NCBI GenBank assembly: GCA_964625525.1
Contig: CAZVEE010000008.1
Span: 1,764-65,763 of the forward strand
DNA: 64,000 nucleotides
From: an uncultured Alphaproteobacteria bacterium
GTDB taxonomy: Bacteria > Pseudomonadota > Alphaproteobacteria > JAJFIK01
Direction of reading: 5' to 3'
Within the stretch, counting starts at the first letter, position 1; each line of letters starts with the position of its first letter. The translations under genes were made by a program, and so were the position numbers. Of the stretch, positions 20,044-28,632 are shown one piece after another. A model generated the notes under the pieces. It ran no database searches. It was given only the letters and a program-made list of their open reading frames with translations, and was not told the origin of the DNA.

Positions 20044-20103
20044 GACGTCTCCTTTCCCCTAGAACCGGGGTATTGTCGGTCATGTCGCAGCGCAATTGAA
20101 GTC

Positions 20104-21882
20104 TCAGCCGTGCAGCGCCGCCAGAAAGGCCTCGGCGAAGCGCGCTTTGCGGGGGCTTTTCATGCCGGGCAGATCGGTCAGGGCGGCAAAGCTGCGCGGG
20201 CGCTCACGCGCCATGGTTTCGAGCACGCCGTCATGGCAGATCAGCATGGGCGGCAGGCCCGCCTGTGCGGCCAGTTCGTCCCGGATGCGGCGCAGGCGCG
20301 TGAGGGCCTCGGGCTCGTGGGCCTCGGGATTGTCGGCCGGGAGAACGCCGGTTTCGAGAGTGCGGGTTTGGGCCTGGGTGTGGGCGTGGGCGTGGGTCTG
20401 GGCCGCTCGCGGCCAGTCGCCTTTCAGGCTCAAGCTGGTGGGCGCGTGGAGGAAAGCCTGACCGGTGGTGCTCGGGATCAGCGCCGCGGTCGTGGTATCG
20501 GCGGCCTCGATCAGGCCCCGGGCGAGCAATTGGCGCAGGACCGAGCGCCATTGAGAGGACGGCCCCCGCTGGCTCAGATGGTCCGCCACGCGGGTAGAGC
20601 CCATGGGGCCGGCCTCGGCCAGCAGACGCAGCGCCTGAAGCGCCAAATCCGTCCCCTCGATCACGGCCGGCGGGTCAAGGCACAGATCACAGCGGCCACA
20701 AGGCTCGGCTAGTGTTTCCCCGAAGTAATCCAGAACCGTTTGGGTCCGGCAAGTCGTCGCCTCGCAATAGGCGATCATGGCAGCCAGCCGATCGGCCGCA
20801 CCCGGACGATCATCACCGGCGGCCCGGCGGCGCAAGGCCAGCGCCTCGTTCAAGCCATAAGCCATAAGGCCGCGTGCGGGGCGCCCGTCGCGGCCCGCTC
20901 GGCCCACTTCCTGCCAATAGGCCTCGATGCTTGCGGGCACATCCAGATGGATCACCTGGGCAATATCGGGACGATTCATGCCCATGCCGAACGCGACCGT
21001 GGCGACGATGATGAGATCAGTCCCGCTGAGGAACAGGTCCTCCGTTTGCTGACGGATATATGGGTCCTGCCCAGCGTGATAGGCGCGCGCGGGTAGGCCG
21101 GCCTTTGCCAGCCGCGCGGCCATGCGCTCCACGCCCGTTCGGGTGCGGCCATAGACAATGGCGGGGCGGCCGTCGCTTTGGCTCAGCGCATCAAGCGCCG
21201 TGCTGGGACCAGAGCGCCCGCCATCGGTCAGTGCCAATGCGATATTGGGACGGGCAAAGCCGGAGCGGAAGACATGCGCGTCCTCCAGCCAAAGGGCGCG
21301 GCGCATATCGTTCAGCGTGCGGTGATCGGCGGTGCCCGTCAGAGCCAGACGCGGCGCCTGGGGCTGAACGGCGAAGAGGCCACCCAAGTCACGATATGCG
21401 GGGCGGAAGTCATGGCCCCATTGGGAGACGCAATGGGCCTCGTCCACGGCGATAAGGGCAATGGCAGCCTGCGCCACGGCGGCGCGGAAGCCGGGTGTGC
21501 CCGCGCGCTCGGGTGCCACGTAAAGGAGATCGAGCCCGCCTTGCGCGAGCCGCGCCAGCACAGCGCGTGTGGCCTCGGGGGCAAGGCCCGCGTGAAGCGC
21601 GGCGGCGCGCACGCCCCGGGCTTGCAGATCAGCGACTTGCGAGCGCATCAGGGCCACAAGCGGGGAGATCACCAGGCCCGTACCCGGCCGGCACAGTGCC
21701 GGCACCTGATAACACAAGGACTTGCCCGCGCCGGTGGGCATCAGCGCCAGCGCATCCCGACCGGCGGTCACATGGGCAATGACGGCATCCTGCGGCGCGC
21801 GAAACCGCGCATGGCCGAACACGGTGCGCAGCACCATCTCGGGGCTTGAGAGCGTGTCATCAACCAGCAGCGCATCCGCCAT
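20104..21882 (-). CDS. recQ: ATP-dependent DNA helicase RecQ
   Basis: Motif I PTGAGKS, DEAH box (VDEAHCVSQWGHDFRP), Zn-binding Cys cluster (CRTQ...CGRCDLC), C-terminal HRDC-like region. Start taken at MADALLVDD (21882). Confidence 0.9.
   Translation of the reverse strand: MADALLVDDTLSSPEMVLRTVFGHARFRAPQDAVIAHVTAGRDALALMPTGAGKSLCYQVPALCRPGTGLVISPLVALMRSQVADLQARGVRAAALHAGLAPEATRAVLARLAQGGLDLLYVAPERAGTPGFRAAVAQAAIALIAVDEAHCVSQWGHDFRPAYRDLGGLFAVQPQAPRLALTGTADHRTLNDMRRALWLEDAHVFRSGFARPNIALALTDGGRSGPSTALDALSQSDGRPAIVYGRTRTGVERMAARLAKAGLPARAYHAGQDPYIRQQTEDLFLSGTDLIIVATVAFGMGMNRPDIAQVIHLDVPASIEAYWQEVGRAGRDGRPARGLMAYGLNEALALRRRAAGDDRPGAADRLAAMIAYCEATTCRTQTVLDYFGETLAEPCGRCDLCLDPPAVIEGTDLALQALRLLAEAGPMGSTRVADHLSQRGPSSQWRSVLRQLLARGLIEAADTTTAALIPSTTGQAFLHAPTSLSLKGDWPRAAQTHAHAHTQAQTRTLETGVLPADNPEAHEPEALTRLRRIRDELAAQAGLPPMLICHDGVLETMARERPRSFAALTDLPGMKSPRKARFAEAFLAALHG
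20366..20402 (-). repeat. hexanucleotide NNTGGG microsatellite (~6 units) inside recQ
   Basis: tttggg cctggg tgtggg cgtggg cgtggg tctggg on the + strand. It encodes AQTHAHAHTQAQT in the linker before the HRDC region. Confidence 0.7.
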
Positions 21883-21976
21883 GGCAGCCTGCGGTATGCG
21901 AGTCGGGCCGTCCGGTCTACACTGGTCACCGGTGTGAGGAAGAAAGATATAATTTCGGTTGAGGGAGAGAACGCGC

Positions 21977-22777
21977 ATGCACGGAGCGCAGAGTCCGGTT
22001 GCGGTCCCATCGGCGACGGTTCTGCTTTTGCGGGACAGTCCGGAAGGAGTTCAGGTGTTCATGGTGGTCCGCCACCATCAGATTGATTTCGCCTCGGGGG
22101 CGTTGGTGTTTCCCGGCGGCAAAGTGGACGCGGACGACGCGTCGGCCAAAGTGCGGGCGCGCTGCACACTGGAATGCGATTTCGATGACGCGGGCCTGGC
22201 CTTGCGGGTCGGAGGGATCCGCGAGGCTTTCGAGGAATCCGGGGTCTTGCTCGCCCGCCGGCGGGGGGCGGATATCGGCCTGGTCGATCCGGCCACGTTG
22301 AGCGATCCGGAGGGCGCGCGTGAGCGTCTCAATGCCGGTGAACTGAGCATGGGGGATTTTCTGGAGGCGGAGGACCTGGAATTGGCGCTCGATACGCTGG
22401 TGCCGTTCGCCCACTGGATCACGCCGGATATGATGCCGCGCCGCTATGACACGCATTTTTATTTGGCCGCCTGTCCGCCGTCCTGGAATGCCATTCATGA
22501 TGGCTCGGAGTCAGTGGACTCTGTCTGGATCAATCCGGCGCGGGCCTTGGCGGAAGCGGCCGAGGGGCAGTGGACGGTGATCTTTCCCACACGGATGAAC
22601 CTGATGAAGCTCGCGCGCAGTACCTGCGTGACGCAGGCCATCGAACGGGCGCGTATTGAGCGCATCGTAACCGTAAAGCCGTGGATCGAGGATCGGGGCG
22701 AGGAGGGGCAGGTGCTCTGCATTCCCACCGATGCGGGCTATGGCGCCGTGACGGAGCCGATTGAGAACTTGCCTTGA
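21977..22777 (+). CDS. NUDIX hydrolase family protein
   Basis: REAFEESGVLL matches the REUxEExGU core of the Nudix box. GAGGGAGAGA lies 6 nt upstream of the ATG at 21977. Confidence 0.7.
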   Translation: MHGAQSPVAVPSATVLLLRDSPEGVQVFMVVRHHQIDFASGALVFPGGKVDADDASAKVRARCTLECDFDDAGLALRVGGIREAFEESGVLLARRRGADIGLVDPATLSDPEGARERLNAGELSMGDFLEAEDLELALDTLVPFAHWITPDMMPRRYDTHFYLAACPPSWNAIHDGSESVDSVWINPARALAEAAEGQWTVIFPTRMNLMKLARSTCVTQAIERARIERIVTVKPWIEDRGEEGQVLCIPTDAGYGAVTEPIENLP

Positions 22778-22794
22778 CCGCGTGGGAGGGCTTT

Positions 22795-23586
22795 ATGCGC
22801 TTTGATGGCAAAACGGCTGTGATTACGGGCGGGGCGTCGGGGATCGGCGCGGCGAGTGCGCGCCGCTTTCACGGCGAGGGCGCCCGCGTGGTCATCGCCG
22901 ATCTGGATGCCGCGCTCGGGGACGCGTTGGCGGCGGAGCTGGGGGACGGCCGGGCTGTTTTTCACCCGACGGACGTTTCAGACTGGCCGCAGGTGGAGGC
23001 GTTGATGGCGTGGGCCGCGGCAACATTCGGTGGTCCCGATATCGTCTTTAACAATGCCGGCATCGGCTGTTTCGGGCGTACGCCGGATCTGGCGGTGGAG
23101 GATTGGCGTCGGGTCATCGCGATTGATCTTGATGCGGTGTTTTACGGTTGCAAGGCCGCCATTCCGCTGATGAAAGCCCGCGGTGGCGGCGCGATTATCA
23201 ACACTGCGTCCGCCTCTGGTCTGGCGGGCGATTATGCGTTTACGGCCTATAACGCGGCCAAGGGCGGTGTCATCAACTATACCCGCGCCGCCGCCATTGA
23301 TCATGCGCGCGATGGCATTCGCATCAACGCTATTTGCCCCGGGCCGGTGGCCACGCCAATCCTGGCGCCGGCTCAGGCCTTGCCGGGCGCTTATGAAACC
23401 TGGTGCGAGCGGGTGCCGCTGGGGCGTTTCGCCGAACCTGAGGAGATCGCGGCCGTGGCGGCTTTCCTGGCATCAGATGATGCATCCTTCATGGTCGGCG
23501 CGGCGGTTTCGGTGGATGGAGGGCTCATGGCCCATACGGGCCAGCCCAATCTGCCCGCGCTGGTGGAGCAGGCGGGGCTCGGTTAG
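22795..23586 (+). CDS. SDR family oxidoreductase
   Basis: TGGASGIGAA cofactor motif, NNAG, catalytic YNAAK. GGGAGGG lies upstream of the ATG at 22795. Confidence 0.9.
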   Translation: MRFDGKTAVITGGASGIGAASARRFHGEGARVVIADLDAALGDALAAELGDGRAVFHPTDVSDWPQVEALMAWAAATFGGPDIVFNNAGIGCFGRTPDLAVEDWRRVIAIDLDAVFYGCKAAIPLMKARGGGAIINTASASGLAGDYAFTAYNAAKGGVINYTRAAAIDHARDGIRINAICPGPVATPILAPAQALPGAYETWCERVPLGRFAEPEEIAAVAAFLASDDASFMVGAAVSVDGGLMAHTGQPNLPALVEQAGLG

Positions 23587-24686
23587 GGCGGCGGCATGCG
23601 CGCTTGTTGATCCGTCGTCGGTGCGCCGACCAGGGTATCAGCGCCGGCCGGAGCGGCTGAGATCACGAAAGTGATGCGGATCAGGTGCATGGTTGAGACA
23701 AAGGCTGGATCGATGCCAAGCGCCAGCGCAATCACCATCATCTCCGCCAGGCCACCGGGGGCGAAAGCGAGGAACAGGACCACCGCATCCTGGGGCAGCA
23801 CCTGTGCCGCGAAGAGCGCGAAGCCGGCCGTCAGAGCGATCATCAGCACGCCAATGGCGACGCCATAGAGCAAGATCGGCCCCACGGTGCGCAAGGGAAA
23901 GCCGGCGAAGCGGGCGCCGATCCCCGATCCAATAACGATTTGCGCGGCCGCCACGATCTCCGCCGGCGGCGCGGCCTTGCTCCATCCCGCCCCATGGACG
24001 ATGGAGCTGACGATCATGGGGCCGAGAAAAGCGGGCGCGGGAAGGCGCGCGCGGGTGGCGAGCACCGTGCCCACCACGGCCGAGCCCGCCAACAGCAGTG
24101 CTTCACGCCAAGGCAGTTCGATCAGCCAGCCCGCATTGGGCAGCAGCGTCGGCACGTCATAGCCGAGCCCGAAGCGGAAATAGAGCGGGATCACAGACAC
24201 CGCCACGACGATGCGCGTGGCGTGGATAAGGCTGATCACTGGCACGGAGCCGCCGCGCATCTCTCCAAGCAGCACCATTTCGCTCAAACCGCCCGGGAAG
24301 CTGGCGAAATAGGCAGTGGTGCGGTCAAAGGAGCCGACCCGGCGCAGGAAGACATAGCCGGCCGCCGTGGCCAGCGGCACGAACACAAGCAGCGCCAAGA
24401 GCGCGGGGATCCAGGAGCCGAGCTGTCCCAACAACGCCGGCGTGAATGCCGAGCCCAGCAAGACGCCAAACACCATAATCATGGCGGTGCGTAAGGGGGG
24501 CCAGATACCCTGGGCCACCCCCGCGAAAGACGCGCATACGGTGAGGATCATGGCGCCCAGCATCCAGGCAAGCGGTGCCCCGATCCAAGCGAAGAGCGCG
24601 CCGCCGAGCGTGCCGATCAGCAGGCTGACGGCCACGGGGCGCACTGCGCTCCAGACGGGGTTTTCCGCACCCTCCCGCGGTGTCAC
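23583..24686 (-). CDS. AbrB-family (duplicated 'putative ammonia monooxygenase'-type) membrane protein
   Basis: 367 aa and very hydrophobic. Two similar halves, each with the ...GGLxEM... motif (FPGGLSEMVLLG, APGGLAEMMVIA). GTG start. Confidence 0.7.
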   Translation of the reverse strand: MTPREGAENPVWSAVRPVAVSLLIGTLGGALFAWIGAPLAWMLGAMILTVCASFAGVAQGIWPPLRTAMIMVFGVLLGSAFTPALLGQLGSWIPALLALLVFVPLATAAGYVFLRRVGSFDRTTAYFASFPGGLSEMVLLGEMRGGSVPVISLIHATRIVVAVSVIPLYFRFGLGYDVPTLLPNAGWLIELPWREALLLAGSAVVGTVLATRARLPAPAFLGPMIVSSIVHGAGWSKAAPPAEIVAAAQIVIGSGIGARFAGFPLRTVGPILLYGVAIGVLMIALTAGFALFAAQVLPQDAVVLFLAFAPGGLAEMMVIALALGIDPAFVSTMHLIRITFVISAAPAGADTLVGAPTTDQQARMPPP

Positions 24687-24687
24687 T

Positions 24688-24735
24688 GTGGTCGCTGGCT
24701 CAGTGGTCGCTGGCTCAGTGGTCGCTGGCTCAGTG
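24688..24735. repeat. perfect 15-nt tandem repeat x3 (GTGGTCGCTGGCTCA) at the nadK stop / AbrB-like start junction
   Basis: Three identical units at 24688-24732 plus a partial fourth (gtg). The nadK stop codon (TGA, 24730-24732) lies inside unit 3. Confidence 0.9.
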
Positions 24736-25515
24736 ATAGAACTGCTCCGTGAGAATGCGCTCTTCCAGATTATGACCCTGGTCGAACAGCATGGTCAGGC
24801 TAATGCTGCGGTCTTCTTCCACGTCCACACACACCACATTGCGGATTTCCGTGTGATCGGCCACGGCGCTGACAGGCCGCTTCTTGCGCTCGACAACTTC
24901 AAAGCGCACATGGGCGCCATGGGGCAACAGCGCGCCGCGCCAGCGCCGCGGGCGGAAGGCGGAAATCGGCGTCAGGGCCAGCAGCTTGGCATCGAGCGGC
25001 AGAATGGGTCCATGAGCCGAAAGGTTGTAAGCCGTGCTCCCCGCCGGCGTCGCGACCAGAATGCCATCACAGGCCAGATGGTCCATGCGCGTTTTGCCAT
25101 CGACGATGATGCGGATCTTAGCGGTCTGGCGGGTCTCGCGCAGCAGAGAGACTTCGTTGATGGCGAGGGCCTGATGGCAGGCCCCCGTCTCGTCCTCCGC
25201 GGTCATGCGCAGGGGATGAATGACGGCGGCTTCGGCGGCGTGGAGGCGCGGGGGCAACTCGTCGGCGGCATCCACCTCATTCATCAAAAATCCCACGGTG
25301 CCCGCATGGACACCAAAAATGGGCAAGCGCCGCTCCATGGTGTCGTGCAAGGTCTGGAGCATGAAGCCATCGCCGCCAATGGCGACGATCACATCCGCCT
25401 GGTCGAGGGGCACGTTGCCGTAGCGGTGGCAAAACGCCAGGAACATCTGGCGCGCCTCGGGCGTGGAATGGGCACGAAAAGCGATGCGATCATAGGCCAT
25501 GGGATCAGCGGACAC
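24730..25515 (-). CDS. nadK: NAD(+) kinase
   Basis: GGDG motif ([15 protein letters not shown]), then NEVSL... and [17 protein letters not shown]. Confidence 0.9.
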   Translation of the reverse strand: MSADPMAYDRIAFRAHSTPEARQMFLAFCHRYGNVPLDQADVIVAIGGDGFMLQTLHDTMERRLPIFGVHAGTVGFLMNEVDAADELPPRLHAAEAAVIHPLRMTAEDETGACHQALAINEVSLLRETRQTAKIRIIVDGKTRMDHLACDGILVATPAGSTAYNLSAHGPILPLDAKLLALTPISAFRPRRWRGALLPHGAHVRFEVVERKKRPVSAVADHTEIRNVVCVDVEEDRSISLTMLFDQGHNLEERILTEQFYH

Positions 25516-25665
25516 GTTGCAAGGGCATTCGTCAATGGGGCGTGCGGGGCGGAGATGAAAGCCTGCGCGGGTGGTCTTGTGAAGCCACGCATGGCGTTTC
25601 CTAATATCCTGGGCATGTCGCAGTCGACTCCCTAACCGACCTTAAAAATCACAAGAGGATCCCTC

Positions 25666-27165
25666 ATGACGGCGCGCCGCTTTCTCCTGGCTCTCGATCA
25701 AGGCACCACGAGCACACGAGCCATTATCTTCGACGCCGATGGCCATACGGTGGGCACCGCGGCGCGGGAGCTGCCGCAGATCTATCCGCGGGACGGCTGG
25801 GTGGAACATGATCCGCTGCGCATTTTAGAGGACGCGGAGCTGGTTATGCGGGCGGCCCTGGAACGAGCGGGGCTGACGGCAGGCGCGTTAGCGGGCGTCG
25901 GCATCACCAATCAGCGCGAGACGACAGTGCTCTGGGATCGGGCCACGGGCGCGCCGCTTCATAATGCGATTGTCTGGCAGGACCGGCGCACGGGGCCGGC
26001 CTGTGCGGTGCTGAAAGCGCAGGGCCATGAGCCCCTGGTCCAGGCACGCACGGGGCTGCTGCTTGATCCCTATTTCTCGGCCACGAAACTCGCGTGGCTG
26101 TTGGACCATGTTCCAGGCGCTCGGGCGCGGGCGGCGCGGGGGGACCTGGCTTTCGGGACCATCGATACGTGGCTCATCCACCGACTCAGCGGCGGCGCGG
26201 CCCATGTCACGGATGTCACGAACGCCGCGCGGACGCTGCTCTTCGATCTGGAGCGCGAGATGTGGGATCCGGAATTGCTGGCGCTATTTTGTATCCCCGT
26301 CGAGGTGTTGCCGGCCGTGCAGGGCTGCACCGGCCATTTCGCCGATCTCCGGGCCGATGTTCTGGGTGCGCCGGTGCCCATTTTGGGTGTGGCGGGAGAC
26401 CAGCAGGCCGCGACCGTGGGCCAAACCTGTTTCGGGCCCGGCATGATGAAATCCACGTATGGCACCGGCTGTTTTGTGTTGTTGAACACGGGCGCTCAGA
26501 AAATCCCCTCCACCCATCGCCTGCTCACCACCATTGCCTATCGCATGGGCGACACGCGGGCCTTTGCCATGGAGGGCAGCATCTTCATGGCGGGTGCCAC
26601 CATGCAATGGCTGCGGGATTCGTTGGGGCTGGTGGCCAGTGTGGAAGAAACGGCGGGTCTGGCCGCGGCTGCGCGCGACGATGACGGGGTGATGCTGGTC
26701 CCAGCCTTTACGGGCCTGGGGGCTCCGTACTGGGATCCCGAGGCGCGCGGTGCGCTGGTCGGCATGACCCGGGACACCGGCAAGGCCGAGGTGGTGCGCG
26801 CGGCCATCGATTCGGTTTGTTATCAGACCCGCGATCTGCTCGATGCTATGGATCTCGACTTAGGCGCCGGCCTGACGCCCACGACGTTGCGCGTGGACGG
26901 CGGCATGATCGCTAACACGTGGTTCCTGCAACGGCTCGCGGACCTCACCGGTCGGCCGGTGGAGCGCCAGGCGGTGGCCGAGACCACCGCGCTGGGGGCG
27001 GCATTTCTGGCGGGGCTGGAGAGCGGGCTCATCGCCTCGACAGCCGAGCTGGAGCAGCGCTGGCAACGCACGGCCGCTTATGAACCGGTCTTAAGCGCTG
27101 ATGTCCGAGACGGTCGGTATGCGGCCTGGCAAGCCGCCGTTCAGCGCACACTGACAAGCACTTAG
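25666..27165 (+). CDS. glpK: glycerol kinase
   Basis: LALDQGTTSTRAIIFD, GITNQRETTVLWD, FGTIDTWLI, and GYGTGCF-like KSTYGTGCFVL. 499 aa. Confidence 0.95.
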   Translation: MTARRFLLALDQGTTSTRAIIFDADGHTVGTAARELPQIYPRDGWVEHDPLRILEDAELVMRAALERAGLTAGALAGVGITNQRETTVLWDRATGAPLHNAIVWQDRRTGPACAVLKAQGHEPLVQARTGLLLDPYFSATKLAWLLDHVPGARARAARGDLAFGTIDTWLIHRLSGGAAHVTDVTNAARTLLFDLEREMWDPELLALFCIPVEVLPAVQGCTGHFADLRADVLGAPVPILGVAGDQQAATVGQTCFGPGMMKSTYGTGCFVLLNTGAQKIPSTHRLLTTIAYRMGDTRAFAMEGSIFMAGATMQWLRDSLGLVASVEETAGLAAAARDDDGVMLVPAFTGLGAPYWDPEARGALVGMTRDTGKAEVVRAAIDSVCYQTRDLLDAMDLDLGAGLTPTTLRVDGGMIANTWFLQRLADLTGRPVERQAVAETTALGAAFLAGLESGLIASTAELEQRWQRTAAYEPVLSADVRDGRYAAWQAAVQRTLTST

Positions 27166-27372
27166 ACCTTTCAGCGATTTGACTCGGCCTGGACGCAGCG
27201 TCACCATTGGCTCATGGCGGGAGGGAAGAGATCCGCCCGTCGAACGATAAGACAGAACAGGGTTAGGAGATCGGGCCGCCCAAATGATGCCCGGGCCTGA
27301 CAGAGGGAACGCAACCACTTTCGCGTCACCAGTCCGCTGGTCGTTGCAAAAAGCCGCCCGTCGGCCCGCCGT

Positions 27373-27388
27373 GCCATGGATCCATGGC
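27373..27388. promoter_or_regulatory. perfect 16-bp palindrome GCCATGGATCCATGGC, candidate TetR operator
   Basis: Self-complementary over all 16 nt. Centred about 60 nt upstream of the TetR ATG (27442). Confidence 0.4.
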
Positions 27389-27441
27389 TGCGGCTTTGCA
27401 GCCATCTCTCACGGTCGGGGCGTGAACCAGGAGAACAAAAA

Positions 27442-28164
27442 ATGGGAGAGCCAGAGGAAACAAGCCCCGAGGACACAAGCCCCGAGGACACAGGCCCCGA
27501 GGACACAGGCCCCGAGGACACAGGCCCCGAGGACACAGGTCTCGTGCGCGCGACGGCCGATGAGGGGGAAGCGGCCCCGCGCGGCGGTCGGCGGCGCCAG
27601 CAAAGCCGCCGCAAACTGCTGGACGCGGCCCGCCGACTCTTTGTGGAGCACGGCTATCACGACACACGGCCGCAAGATATTGCCCGGGCCGCCGATGTGG
27701 GGCACGGCACGTTCTATCTGCATTTTCCCGATAAGCGCGCTTGCTTCTTTGCGTTTGTGGATGAGGCGTCGGCAGAACTCGACGCGTTGGTGCATGCGCG
27801 CCTTGCGCGCACGGAAAACCTGCATGAGCGCTTCGAGGCGGTGATTTCAGCCGTCGTGGACTACCATATCGAGCATCCGAGCGTGCTGTCGGCCGCGGCA
27901 AGCAGTCCCGGCGTCATCGCCGGCGGCACGGACCATCGGGTCGCGGTTTTCGGGCGCTGGGCCCGCCAATGGGCGGAAAAGCTGAGCACCAGTGCCGAGG
28001 CTGGCGTGGTGTATGACGACTATAACTTCGAAGTGGTGGGCTGGGCGCTCGTGGGCATGCTCAATCCCATCTGCACCACCAAGCTGGTGACACCAGAAAA
28101 CCGCCAGTCCATCATCGACAATCTGGTGCGATTGCTGGTTCGTGGCCTGATCAAAACGAGCTGA
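27442..28164 (+). CDS. TetR/AcrR family transcriptional regulator with an N-terminal acidic pentapeptide-repeat extension
   Basis: HTH region RRKLLDAARRLFVEHGYHDTRPQDIARAADVGHGTFYLHFPDK. GGAGAA lies upstream of the ATG at 27442. The N-terminus reads EETSPEDTSPEDTGPEDTGPEDTGPEDTG. Confidence 0.85.
   Translation: MGEPEETSPEDTSPEDTGPEDTGPEDTGPEDTGLVRATADEGEAAPRGGRRRQQSRRKLLDAARRLFVEHGYHDTRPQDIARAADVGHGTFYLHFPDKRACFFAFVDEASAELDALVHARLARTENLHERFEAVISAVVDYHIEHPSVLSAAASSPGVIAGGTDHRVAVFGRWARQWAEKLSTSAEAGVVYDDYNFEVVGWALVGMLNPICTTKLVTPENRQSIIDNLVRLLVRGLIKTS
27451..27539 (+). repeat. 15-nt tandem repeat CCCCGAGGACACAGG, 5 near-perfect copies plus 1 degenerate copy
   Basis: Units at 27465, 27480, 27495, 27510 and 27525. 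The last four are identical and the first differs by one base. In frame (PEDTS/PEDTG). Confidence 0.9.
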
Positions 28165-28632
28165 TCAAGCCGAGCTGGCTCATGTAGACTGGCCTCTATT
28201 GTCTGGCGGCAGTACCTCCTTTGCGACGTGTAAGGAGGGTGCAAATCCGGTAAGCCTGTGACTGATCTCGCACGGTGTTTTCGGAATGGAAATGCGCGAG
28301 ATCCAAAGCCACAGGCGCTGTTGATTTGTGACCAGTCTTCACGGAAGATCTGCGCTCGCAACGGTTGGATACTATACATCCGACGGTCTGGTACACGGGC
28401 GGTCTGGCTGGCATGGTTAATGCCCCACCACAGGGCAACGTCTATGCTTGTCCCGTTTTGGGGCGCGTCTGTCTGTGTCCTGGGACTTTGCCGCATGAGG
28501 CCCGGGTCACGCCGTAATGTTTGAGTTCGGGTGAGGGGAGTAGCAGCCATCGTTCGCATGGGCTCAAGCTCGCGCCGGCGCCGCCGTCTTCGGGACGGCG
28601 GTTCGGGCGTTGAGCCGCGCAGCGCTCGTTCC

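Noticed and set aside
24367-25635. A 422-aa + strand ORF spanning the nadK region. Similar long antisense ORFs occur at 15117-16337, 16566-18065, 18739-19662, 43282-44607, 61088-62431 and 7843-8775.
   Set aside because: All of them lie opposite genes with strong family motifs and have antisense-type composition.
27451-27539. Whether the short tandem repeats (here and at 24688-24735 and 51577-51651) could be CRISPR arrays.
   Set aside because: The units are directly adjacent with no spacers and are only 15 nt long. Most are in frame within coding sequence, and no cas genes are present.
28211-28330. Possible cobalamin riboswitch, suggested by AAGGAGGGTGCAAATCCGG resembling the GGTGC.AATCC core.
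   Set aside because: I could not find the B12 box (AGCCAGGAGACCTGCC-like) or the GCCACTG element. The downstream gene (tpsB) is unrelated to cobalamin. The similarity is limited to one short motif, and an Infernal scan would be needed to revive the idea.
28258-28524. An 88-aa ORF in the tetR-tpsB spacer that follows the AAGGAGG motif.
   Set aside because: The spacing from the SD-like motif is 19 nt, the start is GTG, and the Arg/Cys/Trp-rich composition is implausible for a protein. It is treated as non-coding leader.
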